Notes under the pieces: generated by a model
Told to the model about the DNA's origin: nothing
Seen by the model: only the letters and a program-made list of their open reading frames with translations
Database searches by the model: none
Made by a program: the position numbers and the translations under genes
Shown here: in pieces, positions 27,734 through 43,832 of the stretch
Layout: each line of letters opens with the position of its first letter
How positions within the stretch are numbered: position 1 is the stretch's first letter
DNA from: Eledone cirrhosa
Taxonomy: Eukaryota
Length of the DNA: 64,000 nt
Reading direction: 5' to 3'
Assembly: GCA_964016885.1 (NCBI GenBank)
Contig: OZ024749.1
Span: 23,560,001 to 23,624,000, forward strand

Positions 27734-27995
27734 TATTGTTATATTTGGGGAGGGTGATATTTGCGTAATATTGCCAGAATTAATAACAGAACACACTCAC
27801 TGTTTGGCTGGTTTTCGCTTCTCGCTGTCTTTTATATCTGCGATCTAACTTACTCGGTCCTCAATGTTGCCATTGACTGACCGGCGGTCAAAAATAATAC
27901 AGATACAATATAGACGCAAACACATATATATAGTTTACATATATATGTTTCGACACACGATTTCATATAAAAAACCACGCAAAACTAATTCATCG
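27734..27995 (-). mobile_element. Diverged copy of the Naiad-like 3' terminal region
   Basis: 27734-27937 ~ 28526-28720. Confidence 0.7.
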
Positions 27996-28000
27996 CCGCT

Positions 28001-28061
<61 letters not shown>

Positions 28062-28204
28062 CATATATAAACATATATATATATACAAATACATACACAT
28101 CTACAGAAATATACATATATATACACATACAAAATACATAAACACATACACAAAAAATATATATATATATACATATATATACATATATATATACACATAC
28201 ATAC

Positions 28205-28238
<34 letters not shown>

Positions 28239-28278
28239 ATGCATATACATACATATACATATATATACATATACATAC

Positions 28279-28350
<72 letters not shown>

Positions 28351-28399
28351 CACATACATATATATATATATACATACACACACACACATACATTTATAT

Positions 28400-28533
<134 letters not shown>

Positions 28534-28719
28534 ATACTTGGGGAGGGTCATATTTGTGTAATAACAGAACACACTCGCTGTTTGGTTGGTTTTCGTTTTT
28601 CGCTTCTGTGTCTTTTATATCGGTAATCTAATTTATTTGGTCCTCAATGTTGCCATTGACTGACCGACGGTCAAAAATAATGCAGATACAATATAGACAC
28701 AAACACATATATATAGTTT

Positions 28720-28761
28720 ATCAAAGTTCTTTCGTTGCACATCTGCAACATCGTCAGTGGT
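28720..28761 (-). ncRNA. Minimal hammerhead motif in the PLE 3' region
   Basis: ACCA-CTGACGA-T-GTTGCA(GATG)TGCAAC-GAAA-GAAC-TT-TGAT; one helix I mismatch and an extra nt before stem II. Confidence 0.65.
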
Positions 28762-29080
28762 GCTATTGTTTCCTCCCGTTACATTGTATGTTTACGCCAT
28801 TTTTATTTAGTCTGTCTATATATTTATTTATTTATTTGTTTGTTTGTTTATTTTATTTTGTCTTCTTTGCGCATGCGTTTGCGTGTGTGTATAGTGTTTT
28901 GTTTGATGTGTGTTCGTGATTGTATTCTATGTATTCAATGTATTCTATCTTTACTAGTGTGTGTGTATATGTGTTTGTTGTTATTGTGCTTGTGTATGTA
29001 TTTATTTATTTATTTATCTATTTATTTATTTATCTATACTCTCTTAGGTCAGTGTTGTTTGTTTGGGTATTGTTGTTATT

Positions 29081-32062
29081 CTATTCATTCTTTCTGTTTA
29101 GTCTTGGCCTTCTAAGTTCTATTTCACTGGCCTCTCTGATTTGCCTAACTGCTGGGTCATTTTTATGTTTAGATATTATTCTAATTTCTATGTTGTCTAT
29201 GTTGCCGTCGTTTTCTTGTCTGGCATGTTCGTATAGTACTGATCCGTTTTTTCGTCCTTTTAGTTCCCCCCAGTGTTGGTCTATCCTTTCACCTATGCTA
29301 CGAGCTGTCTCGCCTATGTATGTAGTTGTCATGTTTCTGCAAGTACCCTCTGTACATCTTATGCTATAGACTACGTTTCTAGTTTTACAGATTATCCGGG
29401 GTTTACCTTACATATGATACATTTCATATTAGTACAGTGGGTTTTCTTAAAAGGGTAGGTTTTGCTGATAAGGGATTTTATGGTGGTTCCTGGCCTTTCT
29501 ACCACCTTAATCTTTAAGTGGGTCTTTCTCAGGGCCATTCTACACTGGTTAGCTAATTTCCCTCCAGGGGTAGCGTCCACAAACATGACACTCTGGTATC
29601 TCTGGTTGTCGTACCATGAGGTGGCTTTCCTTATCTCATGTCTAGCCCTATCTAAGCTATTCCATCATTTGCTCCTGTATAATGGGCAAATTCCTTTCAT
29701 GTCCAGTTCTATGAGGGTCTTATACTTCTCCATGTCTCCTACGTATACTTTGAATCTGTCTCTTTGGTTGTAGGCAGAGAACTGCATGCGGTTGAGGAAG
29801 TGTTGGATGTGTCTTTCCATTTCTGTTGGGTCGCACATGCGGGACACATTCTTCATCACTCGTACCAAATCTGCGATCAGAATATTAAATTTAGCACTAC
29901 TGGACATTGCTGAGTTTTTGAGTATCAGGTATTTGGAGGCCATGGGTTTAGCATAGTTTGAGTGGAGAATTTCGGCTCTCTCGTCTATAGTGTTAATCCA
30001 GAGTTCCGTGTCTAATACAGGTAGTCTATTGTTAGGGTGATTGGAAGGGAAGTCGATATTTACAGTTATACTCTGGTGTATGGAATTAGCTATCTGCTGG
30101 ATGCTTTCCATTGTGCTACGTTCTAAATCAAACTTATTAGTGCTCTCTAGTGGGGATGTTCTTAGAACTATATTGATATCGTCTACGTAACGAGAGTACA
30201 TGATGAGGTCTATGGAGCTCTCATTAAGGAGATCTTTAAGTCTCCTTTCCCACCATACCATGAAAAGGTTGGCAACATCACCAGCTATGCTGACGCCAAT
30301 GGCTGCTCCCTCATTTTGGGTGTAGATCTTCTCGTTGAACTTGAATATGTGGCCCTTTAGGGTAGTTTTGATACTAGCTCCTATTGCATGTGCGACCATT
30401 TTTCTTACCTGATCATGTTTTGGGGGGTCCGTATAGCTTTGATCCACCCAATCCACCTTCCCATGGGAGTCTTTTTTGCCATTGAGGTTATGGTGGGGGG
30501 TCTACCTCTTATGGGTCTACTAGGGCAGAAACATCTAAGGTCATGGCTGTCTAGGTAGTCAGTGTCGTAGGTAAGTCTAAGTAGGAGTCCCAGTTCGTCT
30601 GTGTCGACGTCGCAGAACTCCACCTCACTCTCAATGATCATCTCCACACATTTTTCCACAGCAAAATCAATGTTAATGGATGGGTACAGTGATAACACAT
30701 GCATGCTGCCTATTATGCAGTTGGATAGGTTCCTGTTTTTGTTGCACTCACTGATTCTGCTGAGGAGGTCCTCTGTACTGTCACATACATCTGGGGACAT
30801 CTTGATTATGGGGCGTATAACCATTGAGAGGAAGTAGGAGATCCTGTAGTTGCTAGCTAAATTAGCTCCGCATACGGGTTTTGTTGGTGGTCCTGTTGTC
30901 GGGTCGTCGACTGTCTTGTAGTCTTTGCGGAGCCCATACAAGGGTGGTATGCCATTGTTAGACGCCTGGAAGTTGTTGGCAGTGCGTCTGCTTGGCTTTA
31001 GGATGTCAGTCCACATCATCATGTGAGCGTTGAGGATTTTCTCTCTCCCATCATGTGTTTGCTGTGCAATTTCGCTCGTGTTGGTGATGTGGGGTTGCAG
31101 AGCCTTGATGTAGTTCGGCATGCTATCTATTGACATCCTACCAGACTTATCCGTGGGTAGACATACTACCTCACCATCCCTTGTGCGCTGCTTGAGGCTA
31201 ACCAAGCCTTCTACAGGTTTCCTCCCAAATTGTTGGGCCTCTGGTCTGCTCTGTCTCTTAGTACACCGGCCTACTATTTGTCTAATCTTATTTCTAGTTA
31301 TGGTGAACTGTACATCTGTCTCGTCATCTATTTGTTGTGGTATGCAAACTCTTTTATTAAAGAGTAGCCTCGTAGGATAGATATTACCCATCTTATATGT
31401 TTTGTCAGCTGGGTTGAAAAATAGTTTCTCTAAGGGTTTGTCATTATATCTATCGTCATAGTTGGGTGTTGCTATTATTGTTATCATGGTTGTTGTTGTT
31501 GTTCCTATCATTAGCATTATTATTAGTGTTATGATTGCTAGATGTATTGTTGTTTACTTCACCGTTATTGTTGTTGTTACTGTTATTTCTACCATTGTGG
31601 TTGTTACTTTTATTATGTTCCTTGTTTTTGTTGTGTCTATCATTAATGTTGCTACACGTATTGCCACTGTGGTTATTGTTGTTGTTCGTATTGTTACCGT
31701 TATTACTACTGTGGTCGCTGCTGCTGTGTCTGTGGTTAATGTTTCTATTATTATTATTATTGTGGTTGTTGTTGTTGTTCTGTCTATCGTTAGTATTATT
31801 ACCATTATTACTATTTCTCACTCTCCTGCTATTGTTATTGTTATGGCTGTTATTTCTATACTCAGAGTTATTGTTTATATTACTACTACCGTTATTATTG
31901 TTGTTGTTGTTGTTGTTTACTTTTGCATTCCAACGTATTTCTGTGAAACACTTTTCCAGCTCCGTTTTGCACTCAATAGGGTTAATCTTTTTGTAGATGG
32001 CAAATTTTGGTGGTAGCTGCAGGATTTGTTGTTCTTGTTCACTGTTTAAAGTGTTCTCATAA
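29081..32062 (-). pseudogene. PLE RT/GIY-YIG polyprotein pseudogene (3 frameshifts, 1 in-frame TGA)
   Basis: LPPKFA, PTDKSG, PPLYGLRKD, PPTKPVCGA, CDSTEDLL, GSM(H)VLSLYPSI, GAAIG..A.LFMVWW, YSRYVDD, LPVLD, MFVDATPGG, C..C zinc motifs, VVYSIRC...YIGETARSIGERIDQH, QIREA. Confidence 0.9.
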
Positions 32063-32086
32063 ATATTTATATATATGTATATATAA

Positions 32087-35044
<2,958 letters not shown>

Positions 35045-35050
<6 letters not shown>

Positions 35051-35335
35051 CTTGTGAATAGTGCAGTTTTAAATCAAACATATGTTGATTTAAAACTGCA
35101 CTATTCACAAGTGTGTTTTAACCTTCATATCATGTCTCCCTATTTTATCTGACGAAAACGCAAATGTTACTGCATGATGATATTTGTTTTTGAAATGCGC
35201 TTAATAAAATACATGGAACTCTTTTAACCATCTTTTGATCTTATATATTATTTATACTCCAGTCCTACAAACTGCAGAGTGTTTCTTAACCGATATCTGC
35301 ATTGCTTTATTGTAATACAATAAAACTCACCTCCT

Positions 35336-35337
<2 letters not shown>
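35045..35337 (+). mobile_element. Family A pLTR fragment with short fold-back and hammerhead (35143-35209)
   Basis: TTTTAT-CTGACGA-long stem II-GAAA-TGCGCT-TA-ATAAAA; homologous to 43610-43776 and 47143-47418. Confidence 0.75.
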
Positions 35338-35408
<71 letters not shown>

Positions 35409-35459
35409 GATATCCACGGTGTGTCGTGGGGTCCACATACACACACACAGACATACATG

Positions 35460-35828
35460 TTTTCCTATGGTGTGTGCATTCTCCAACTGACATTATTACG
35501 ACAAATATGATTATGACATTTGCGAAGGAAGCCTGCTTGCAGCATTTTCCAGGGTACATTATATACACAACTTATACAACACTAGCATAAAACACCCGAG
35601 AATACTTTCATGAAATTGATGAGCGTAAACGTAGCATTTAATAAATCCACAATTTCTTTGCTTCCAGTCTGAATTCATAAACATACCTTAACATCATGTT
35701 CATTTAAGCATTGACTTCAGCTTGATAAACAGAGCACCAATATACACAGGTGGTAAATTACACGTATAGAATATTTCTAACCTAATACTAGGGAATAAGG
35801 AAATATTGTGAACTATAATCAAAATAAC
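35460..35828. repeat. Unclassified ~360-bp repeat, inverted copy at 40483-40835
   Basis: Direct reverse-complement similarity with small indels. Confidence 0.8.
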
Positions 35829-35980
35829 GCCACAGATATATCTTGCATTTTCTACATACATTTTCTACATTTTCACACAAATACAAATTCGTGTATATCC
35901 ATGTCTATATCTTTATATACATGCATATGTTGAGATCTATCTAACTTATCTACGCATCTAGCTATCAATCTCTCTCTCTC

Positions 35981-36011
<31 letters not shown>

Positions 36012-36073
36012 TAATATATAAAACTATTTTTTAACATATATATATATATTATATTATATTATATATATATAAT

Positions 36074-36200
36074 TGTTTCTACGTTTTGGCACAAGGCCAG
36101 CAATTATTCCAGGGTATTACTGGTACTTTATTTTATCGACCACGTAAGGATGAAAGGCAGAGTTAACCTCGGCTGGATTTGAACTCAGTCCGTAAAGGAT
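36074..36200 (-). mobile_element. SINE S1 fragment
   Basis: Homologous to the other S1 copies. Confidence 0.75.
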
Positions 36201-36233
36201 ATATATATATATACATTTTCTTTGTTTTTATTA

Positions 36234-36309
<76 letters not shown>

Positions 36310-36364
36310 CGTATCTGAATTTGTTTAGCAAGATTCTTTATTCGAAAACGTGTGTTGAAACCGA

Positions 36365-36739
36365 TATTGTTATGCTTTGGGAGGGTCAAGTTGACAATAA
36401 GTAACACACGCACCAGTTGCGTTCACTCCAATTATTATAAATTAAATTTATAAATTTCCGGTTGGTTTGTTGGTTCCACAACCGGATGGTTGTTCATATA
36501 TTGTTAAAGTTCTTTCCTCACACATTCTGTGACATCTTTAGAGAAAAGAATCCCCAGTCACTGAAGAGGTCACATAATGTGTGACAAAAGAACATTGACA
36601 ATATATGAACAACCGCCCGGTCGTGGCACCAACCGGAAATTTATAAATTCTTAAATTTATAAATTTAATTTATAATAAATTGGACTGAAAGCACCTGGTG
36701 CGTGTGTTTATTATTGTCAACATGACCCTCCCAAAGCAT

Positions 36740-36748
<9 letters not shown>
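36365..36748. repeat. Old imperfect fold-back of a Naiad-related terminus with degenerate hammerheads
   Basis: Ends ATATTGTTATGCTTTGGGAGGGTCA resemble 28526-28550; GTCA-CTGAAGA-G-GTCAC../GTGAC-(A)AAA-GAAC-..-TGAC at 36557-36599. Confidence 0.65.
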
Positions 36749-36771
<23 letters not shown>

Positions 36772-36776
<5 letters not shown>

Positions 36777-37293
36777 AAGAAGTAAAAAATTGCTTATTGT
36801 GATCAAGTTTTTGGTTAAGAAAGTCAGTTTCATGGATGGTTTCAACATACGGTTAGGGGTAACTCCACTAGTTTGTAAGAATTCCGTTCAATCTTGGAGT
36901 CTAAAGTATAAAAGAGAAAACACAGGTAAGCATTAAGAGAAGGATTTTATCCAGGTATTCACGACCGTTTCATTGGTAAGTGCAACCTTATATTGCTATA
37001 CTACAAATAACACCCACTCAATTATAATTGTGATCAACAATTATAATTGAGTGGCTGCTATTTGCAGTATAGCAATATAAGATTGCACTTACCAATGAAA
37101 CGGTCGTGAATACCTGGATAAAATCCTTCTCTTAATGCTTACCTGTGTTTCTCTTTTATACTTTATACTCCAAGATTGAACGGAATTCTTACAAACTTGT
37201 GGAGTTAACCCTAACCGTACGTTGAAACCATCCATGAAACTGGCTTTCTTAACCAAAAACTGGATCACAATAAGCAATTTTTTGCTTCTTTAA

Positions 37294-37297
<4 letters not shown>
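36772..37297. repeat. ~260-bp-arm inverted repeat (pLTR fold-back with half-hammerhead)
   Basis: Arms 36772-37030 / 37038-37297; GAAA-CGGTCG-T motif ~60 nt from the centre. Confidence 0.85.
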
Positions 37298-37392
<95 letters not shown>

Positions 37393-37405
37393 CATATATC
37401 TATAT

Positions 37406-37730
37406 CTATGAGTTCCCAAACATAGGAGGCGAATGTTTTGTCTGGTTTGATCTGACAGGTCTCCTGACGGAATGAGTATGGGCATACCACCGGGTCATAA
37501 AGTTATTGGAAGTCATGCCGATGTAAGTCTTTTTGTTCTTGCAATCATCGGTGTCTGTGAAGACATCGCATTTGTATACGATATCATTTGTCAGGCATTT
37601 GTTTTCAAGTGGGCAGGCTTCCTTATTTAAGCAATTACACAAGGCCCCAGTCCGGGGATTGGGTTCGGAGGTGGTTGGTTTATTTAATTTTTTAGAATTG
37701 TGATTGGCTATATTCCTAGCTAGATTAGGT
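37406..37730 (-). pseudogene. PLE linker/GIY-YIG fragment
   Basis: RLSYS..N, CNCLNKEACPLENKCL, IVYKC...TYIGMTSNNF..R...H. Confidence 0.85.
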
Positions 37731-38233
37731 GTGGTGGAGTAGGAGAGTCTTATTGTGGTGGAGTAGGAGAGTCTACACAGGTAAAAATAAAAATGTAAAA
37801 AACATAGATATAAAAAACATAGATATAAAAACACAGATACACACACACATATATATATATATATACGTACGCACGCACACATACGGAGGCATTCGTATAC
37901 ATATACAGAACGTATACACACATAAGCACACTCAGACACGTAGATACAGCCATATGAATAAATGAGTACAAATATAAAATCGGCTGCGAAACAACAGAAT
38001 ATATCTGGAGTGGAAAACGCAAGTGACATGTGGGATCATGTGGTGAAAGAAAATGTGGAAGTAAAATGTGGAATGTGAAGATATTAGGTAAGTGAAACGA
38101 AAAGTAGGCGGCGGGGTTCTGGTGGATGTGAAGTAAAAATAAAAATAAAATTAAAAATAAAATTAAAAATGAAAGTAAATCAGAAAGAGAAATCTGTAAA
38201 GAGGATAATTTAAGGAAAGTGAAGAATAAGACT

Positions 38234-39510
38234 TTATGGAGGATAAGTATCTGAAAGTGAGTTAAGTTTATATGAGCTGGAAAGCAAGTGTGATTTTATG
38301 TGTGGGCAACTGGTGAAAATTTCTGTTTTTGTATTTAGGCAGATTTTTGGCGATTTAAAGTTCTGTAAAATCCAATATTTTTCACTTATGCAGAGTGTGC
38401 ATCTTCTTGTTCTTCTTACATATTCTTTAGGTTGGTTAAAAATTGACCAATACAATTTATATTGGATACCTTGGTCTTTCAAATCCCATATTCTGCTAGC
38501 CAGAGCTGTTGTGAATCTTTTTTCTGGATGTCGGAAAGATGCGACATGTGAGTAATAACGTGTTTTGAATTTGTCTTGTGTCATACCCACATATCGTTCG
38601 CTGGTGGCGTGTTGGTTGTTGCTGGTGGTTGTCACTTTAGCTGCATATACAATGGCTTTGGTGTTGCATTTACCTTGTAATAGGCATTCACTTTTGACTC
38701 TACAGTAGCATTTTTGATGTTCTATGTGTGAGTTCTTATTGATGATATAATATTTAACAGGGGGACCGCAGGAGTAGCTAATTTTGACACAGTTTCTATT
38801 GAAGATCTTATAGTATCTATGTGTTCTAGGGAAATGTTTATCTAAGAGCTCTAGGAATGTTTGCCTAATTAGTTTTAACTGCTAGAGAGTAGGGGTGTGA
38901 ACCAGATTATTTTTCTTTTCCTATTATTATGTTTAAAAGAGTTAGTATTGTTGGGTATGTACTTAATCGGTTCGCTAAATCCGCTATTTTGAAGGGCTTT
39001 ATTATTGTAGGGGGATGCCTTATTGAAAATAGCTTCTGAGGAAGAGAGGGTGGAGATCCTACGGCTAATATTAAGGTAGAAGGTTTTAAAAACTATAGGA
39101 GGATGACAAGAGCCTTTATTTATACATTTTAAATTTTCATTAGGTTTATGGTATGGTTCATAAGAAGCAGTAGGCAAATCTAGGTTTATATCTAGAAAAT
39201 TAACATTGGAAAGGTTAGTGTCAATAGTCATTTTAAGATTAAAACTAGCGAAGGTTTTTATTAAGTCTTTCCTTAGTCTATCTAAGTTATGGCGTATGGT
39301 AGTATGGGAAAGTATTAGACCATCGTCGCGATAAACCCGCAAAATATGGTTAGGGATTTTTTCTTTAAGTGTGTGTAGGAGGAATAGGCCGACTAAATCA
39401 CAAACATCAGCACTGTCAAAAGAGCCCATTGAGACATCGAATGGGTTCTCTGGGTTAGATATTTTTACCCAAGTGTCACTATCAGTAAAGAGTAGAGGGT
39501 TTCTAGCTTG
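38234..39510 (-). pseudogene. PLE RT (YRDD-type) + GIY-YIG fragment, 5'-truncated; clade probably Nematis/Neptune-like
   Basis: FDVSMGSFDSADVCDLVG, VYRDDGL, VNFLDINL, YHKPN, RKIIWF, KHFP..KIFN..VKISYSC, CYCR..CLLQGKC, IVY...YVGMT..FKTR, CTLCISEK. Confidence 0.9.
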
Positions 39511-39559
39511 TTTCTAGCATGTTTCTCGTGTTACTTCCCCATTTTCTTTCACTACCTGA

Positions 39560-39965
39560 TAACACTTGTTACTTGCGTTTTCTACTTCAGATATATTCTG
39601 TTGTTTCGCAGCCGATTTTATATTTGTACCCATTTAATCATATGGCTGATTTATAATCTATATCTACGTGTCTGAGTGTGCTTATGTGTGTATACGTTCT
39701 GTATATGTATACGAACGCCTCCGTATGTGTGCGTGCGTACGTATATATATGTGTGTGTATGTGTGTTTTTATATCTTTTTTTTTTATATCTATGTTTTTT
39801 ACATTCTTATTTTTACGTGTGAGTGTATGCGGGTGAATGTATGTGTATGTATATGTGTATATATGTATATGTATGTATGGGTGTGTATGTATATGTGTAT
39901 ATATAGTCACGTACGTACGTGTGATTAGCTATACATGGGGCGATATTTATATATATATATATACG
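39560..39965 (+). repeat. Inverted pLTR segment upstream of the truncated PLE
   Basis: Reverse complement of 37780-38028 and of ~34460-34900. Confidence 0.75.
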
Positions 39966-40359
39966 TGCCTCGTGTTACGATCGTTTCTAGGATATATATG
40001 TGTGTTGGTATGTATATCATATAGATCTATGTAAAAATATTACAACTATCAGAGGAAATATACATACCTTCACATATATATATGCTGTCTTTAGAAATGA
40101 TGAGATTTGTTTATTGAAAAAACCAACAACGATTTGATATAATAGGTCTGTTTGGGAAGAGGTTTTGAATTGACCAATAGAAAAGTAGTAAGAGGTCAAG
40201 TTGATAGAATAGTAGTAGTAGAAATTTAATTTAGGGGTAGAGGAGTGCAGACTTATGTTTTGAATGGAAAGAATATTTTGAATGAAAAGAATACTTTGGG
40301 GATGAAAAGAGGTCAAGCCGGTTAAGGGTTCACGAAAATTTGATATATATATATATATC

Positions 40360-40482
40360 TTTACGGACTGAGTTCAAATCCCGCCGAGGTTGACTTTGCC
40401 TTTCATCCTTACGGGGTCGATAAAATAAAGTACCAGTAATGCGCTGATAATTGCTGGCCTTGTGCCTAAAGTAGAAACAGTT
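40360..40482 (+). mobile_element. SINE S1 fragment
   Basis: B-box GAGTTCAAATCC and S1 body. Confidence 0.8.
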
Positions 40483-40949
40483 ATTTTGATTATAGTTCAC
40501 AATATTTCCTTATTCCCTAGTATTAGGTTAGAAATATTCTATACGTGTAATTTACCACTCGTGCTCTGTTTATCATGCTGAAGTTAATGTTTAAATGAAC
40601 ATTATGTTAAGGGATGTTTATGAATTTAGACTGGAAGCAAAGAAATCTTGGATTTATTAAATGTTTCGTTTATGCTCATCAACTTTATGAAAGTATTCTC
40701 GGGTGTTTTATGCTAGTGTTGTATAAGTTGTGTATATAATGTACCCTGGAAAATGCTGCAATAAGGCTTCGCAAATGTCATAATCATATTTGTCGTAATA
40801 ATGTCAGTTGGAGAAAGCACGCACCATGGGAAAACGTTCTAACTTGCAATGAAGGCGGATATTAAATAATGCCGATTCACATATTATATCGTTTACACCA
40901 TACACATATATATCATAATTTCTTGAGCACTCAGTTTAATAAAAATACA

Positions 40950-41033
<84 letters not shown>

Positions 41034-41037
<4 letters not shown>

Positions 41038-41775
41038 AAGGTTTAGCAAATAATGAAAAAGTTTCAAAATAAATTTAAAAAAATTGACTTTACCTACTAT
41101 AGTTACCTTTACCGATCGGTTTCGAATCCCAAAAATAAACGGAGACCATACGGCCTTCGTTGCAAAGAAAGATTCTCGTCAGAAGGTTCTTTTCATTCAA
41201 AGAATATAAAATTCTTGAATTTAAATTACGAACTGGCGCTATCAAAACTGTTCCCGGGATGAGAGTGGATGAAGAAACAATTTTTTCAAGGGCCGAAGTA
41301 AAGATAGAGGCAGAGGGAGGTAGGTCAAACCGGCCGCAACTATCACTAGCAGCAGTCGGAGCGACCCAATTTGTCTCAACAGTAGAGGAGAGTGGTAATA
41401 ATAGGATATGTGTTCCTTCACGCACAAGGCGCTAAGGGACGCATGTATTGTCCAACCAAATGCCAATGTGGTTCAATGGCAGGTTAATAAATTAACGAGC
41501 CAGAACATATATAAACAAGGTTTAGCAAATAATGAAAAAGTTTCAAAATAAATTTTAAAAAATTGACTTTACCTACTATAGTTACCTTTACCGATCGGTT
41601 TCGAATCCCAAAAATAAACGGAGACCATACGGCCTTCGTTGCAAAGAAAGATTCTCGTCAGAAGGTTCTTCTGGCTCGTTAATTTATTAACCTGCCATTG
41701 AACCACATTGGCATTTGGTTGGACAATACATGCGTCCCTTAGCGCCTTGTGCGTGAAGGAACACATATCCTATTA
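41034..41775 (-). mobile_element. Retrozyme-like unit: two identical hammerheads 479 nt apart plus an inverted 5' segment
   Basis: HHRs 41105-41187 and 41584-41666: ACCTT-CTGACGA-GAATC..GATTC-GAAA-CCGATCGG-TA-AAGGT. 41669-41775 is the reverse complement of 41399-41505. Confidence 0.85.
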
Positions 41776-42235
41776 TATATATATATATATATATATATAG
41801 ATATATATAATAACTATAAATTGATTAACATATAAATATACATGAATAATCACAGGAGATAATTTTTAGACGCGTGTAACCACGCATAGCTAGTTTGGGT
41901 AAAAATTAAATTTATACCTTTAAGTATAATTAACCTTCCTTGTATATATCCCATTAAAGAAATATATTTCACCAATTAATCAGATGGCAAGTCACGGAAA
42001 GTGGATATTATTCGATTGTCAACAAGGAAGATTAATAATGTCCAGCTATCCGTCCTTACACTACGAGTTCAAATCTTTATCTAGCCGTTACCACGTGTTG
42101 TGTCTACACATGATAGCGGTTTCGTTTCAGTGGTGTGAATAGGTATTCGACAACTAGAAATAGCAGTCAAATTCTCTTCAACAGAAATAGCTCTACAATT
42201 AAGGAGCCGTATATATATATTATAGATATATATAT

Positions 42236-42424
42236 GGCGGTGGATTGGCAGTATCGGTAGAGGGTCGGACGCTATGCTTTCCAGCATAGTTACGTCCCTT
42301 TACGATCTGAGTTCAAATCCCGCCGAGGTTAACTTTGCCTCTCATCCTTACGGGGTCGATAAAATAAAGTACCAGTAATGCACTGGATAATTGCTGACCT
42401 TGTGTCTAAAATAGAAACAATTAT
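42236..42424 (+). mobile_element. tRNA-derived SINE (family S1), full length
   Basis: GGCGGTGGATTGGCAGTATCGG A-box, GAGTTCAAATCCC B-box, ATTATT tail. Confidence 0.85.
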
Positions 42425-42429
42425 TACTC

Positions 42430-43776
42430 TTCCTTGTTGATAATCCAATAAATCATCATTTGTCTTTTAAATGCAAACTTAAAAGAACCAACACGGCTCT
42501 CTCAGAACTCATATGGTCCTTGAAAGACAAAAATATTAAATATAGCATCTTTTGGAAGAAGCTTTCTTCTGCGTCTTTATACTTGAACAGTTCTCTATCC
42601 AAGATTTGCAATCTCTGTCTAAATGAAAAATTTACCATTATATCTAATTTAGATTCTATAATAAATAGACTCACTGACTTGTTCTCTATCTGCTTGCATA
42701 AATTCCACAAAACATTCCACAAAGTATACAGCTAATATCCAAATCTTTATCAATTTAGAATCTTTTTCTCAAAGGCATATATATATATAAACACTTCTTT
42801 AAAAATATACATTATATAATACTTGTCACTCATTCTATAATACTTGTTACTCATTCTATATCGCTCCTATTTATCACTTCCCTTTCTTCTCTTTTTCTTT
42901 TAGTGTCTAACTCCTAATCTGTACCTTTTCTAACTGTTGCCTAACATAGAATCAATTATTACATAATACAAAACATTCTTACTCTATATCACCTTGTAAA
43001 AATCCTTCGTAAACATAAACATTTTTTTTACCTTAGATTATTCATCCTTATTTCATTATTCTTTTCTCCCTTTCATCTAACTCATTCATGCTCATCTCAC
43101 AATATATCCTTACTTAAATTACCTGTTGTTCTTTTTAATAATACACATCAACATTTTCTTTCCATCGCACATATTATTAAACCCTTAAATATCATTCTTA
43201 ATACGTATTAACTTTTTCTTTCCATCGCACATGTTATTAAACCCTTAAATATTATTCTTAATACATATTAACATTTTCTTTTCATCGCACATATTATAAA
43301 ACCCCTCAATATACAAACCTTAACTTTACATTATTTTTCTCTTCGTTAATTTTCAAATTCTTTTAATTTGTACATTATCTTCCAACGGTTTTCAACCTCT
43401 CTATGTAAAACAATATATCTTTCTCAGTTATAAAAGCTATTCTCTCTCTCTATCACCCATCTCTCCTCCTATCTCATCCTTCCTCATTATACTCCTCCCT
43501 CTCCACTTTTTACTCTCATCTCCTCCTCTTTTTCATCCTTTCCAACCTCCCCCCCCCTCAAAATAAAATATTTTTCCCAATATCACACATCAATCTAAAA
43601 CTACTTCTCATATGTTGATTTAAAACTGCACTATCCACAGTGTTTTTTAACCTTCATATCATGTCTTCCTGTTTTATCTGATGAAAACACAAATATTATT
43701 GCATGATGATATTTGTTTTTGAAATGCGCATAATAAAATACATGGAACTCTTTTAACCATCTTTTGTTCTTATATT
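42430..43776 (+). mobile_element. PLE 3' end: endonuclease C-terminal fragment (42460-42735), pyrimidine-rich UTR and family A hammerhead (43672-43738)
   Basis: TALSELIWSLK...CNLCLNEK..I aligns with the 38234 PLE. TTTTAT-CTGATGA-stem II-GAAA-TGCGCA-TA-ATAAAA. ~60-bp triplication at 43140-43320. Confidence 0.8.

Positions 43777-43832
<56 letters not shown>

Noticed and set aside
29665-29667. In-frame TGA in the Naiad-like ORF (PLYRSK*WN) as selenocysteine; some Naiads are reported to encode selenoproteins
   Set aside because: Not at an evident Cys position, no SECIS-like AUGA/GA hairpin seen in the 3' region, and the copy has three frameshifts and a D>H change in an RT motif. A nonsense mutation is simpler.
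35460-35568. Signal-peptide-like ORF (MYPGKCC...VIIIFVVIMSVG) in repeat X
   Set aside because: The second copy at ~40740 has a 4-nt indel that breaks the frame.
41160-41435. ORFs on both strands of the 479-nt unit
   Set aside because: Short, non-ATG starts, overlapping the ribozyme, no convincing motifs.
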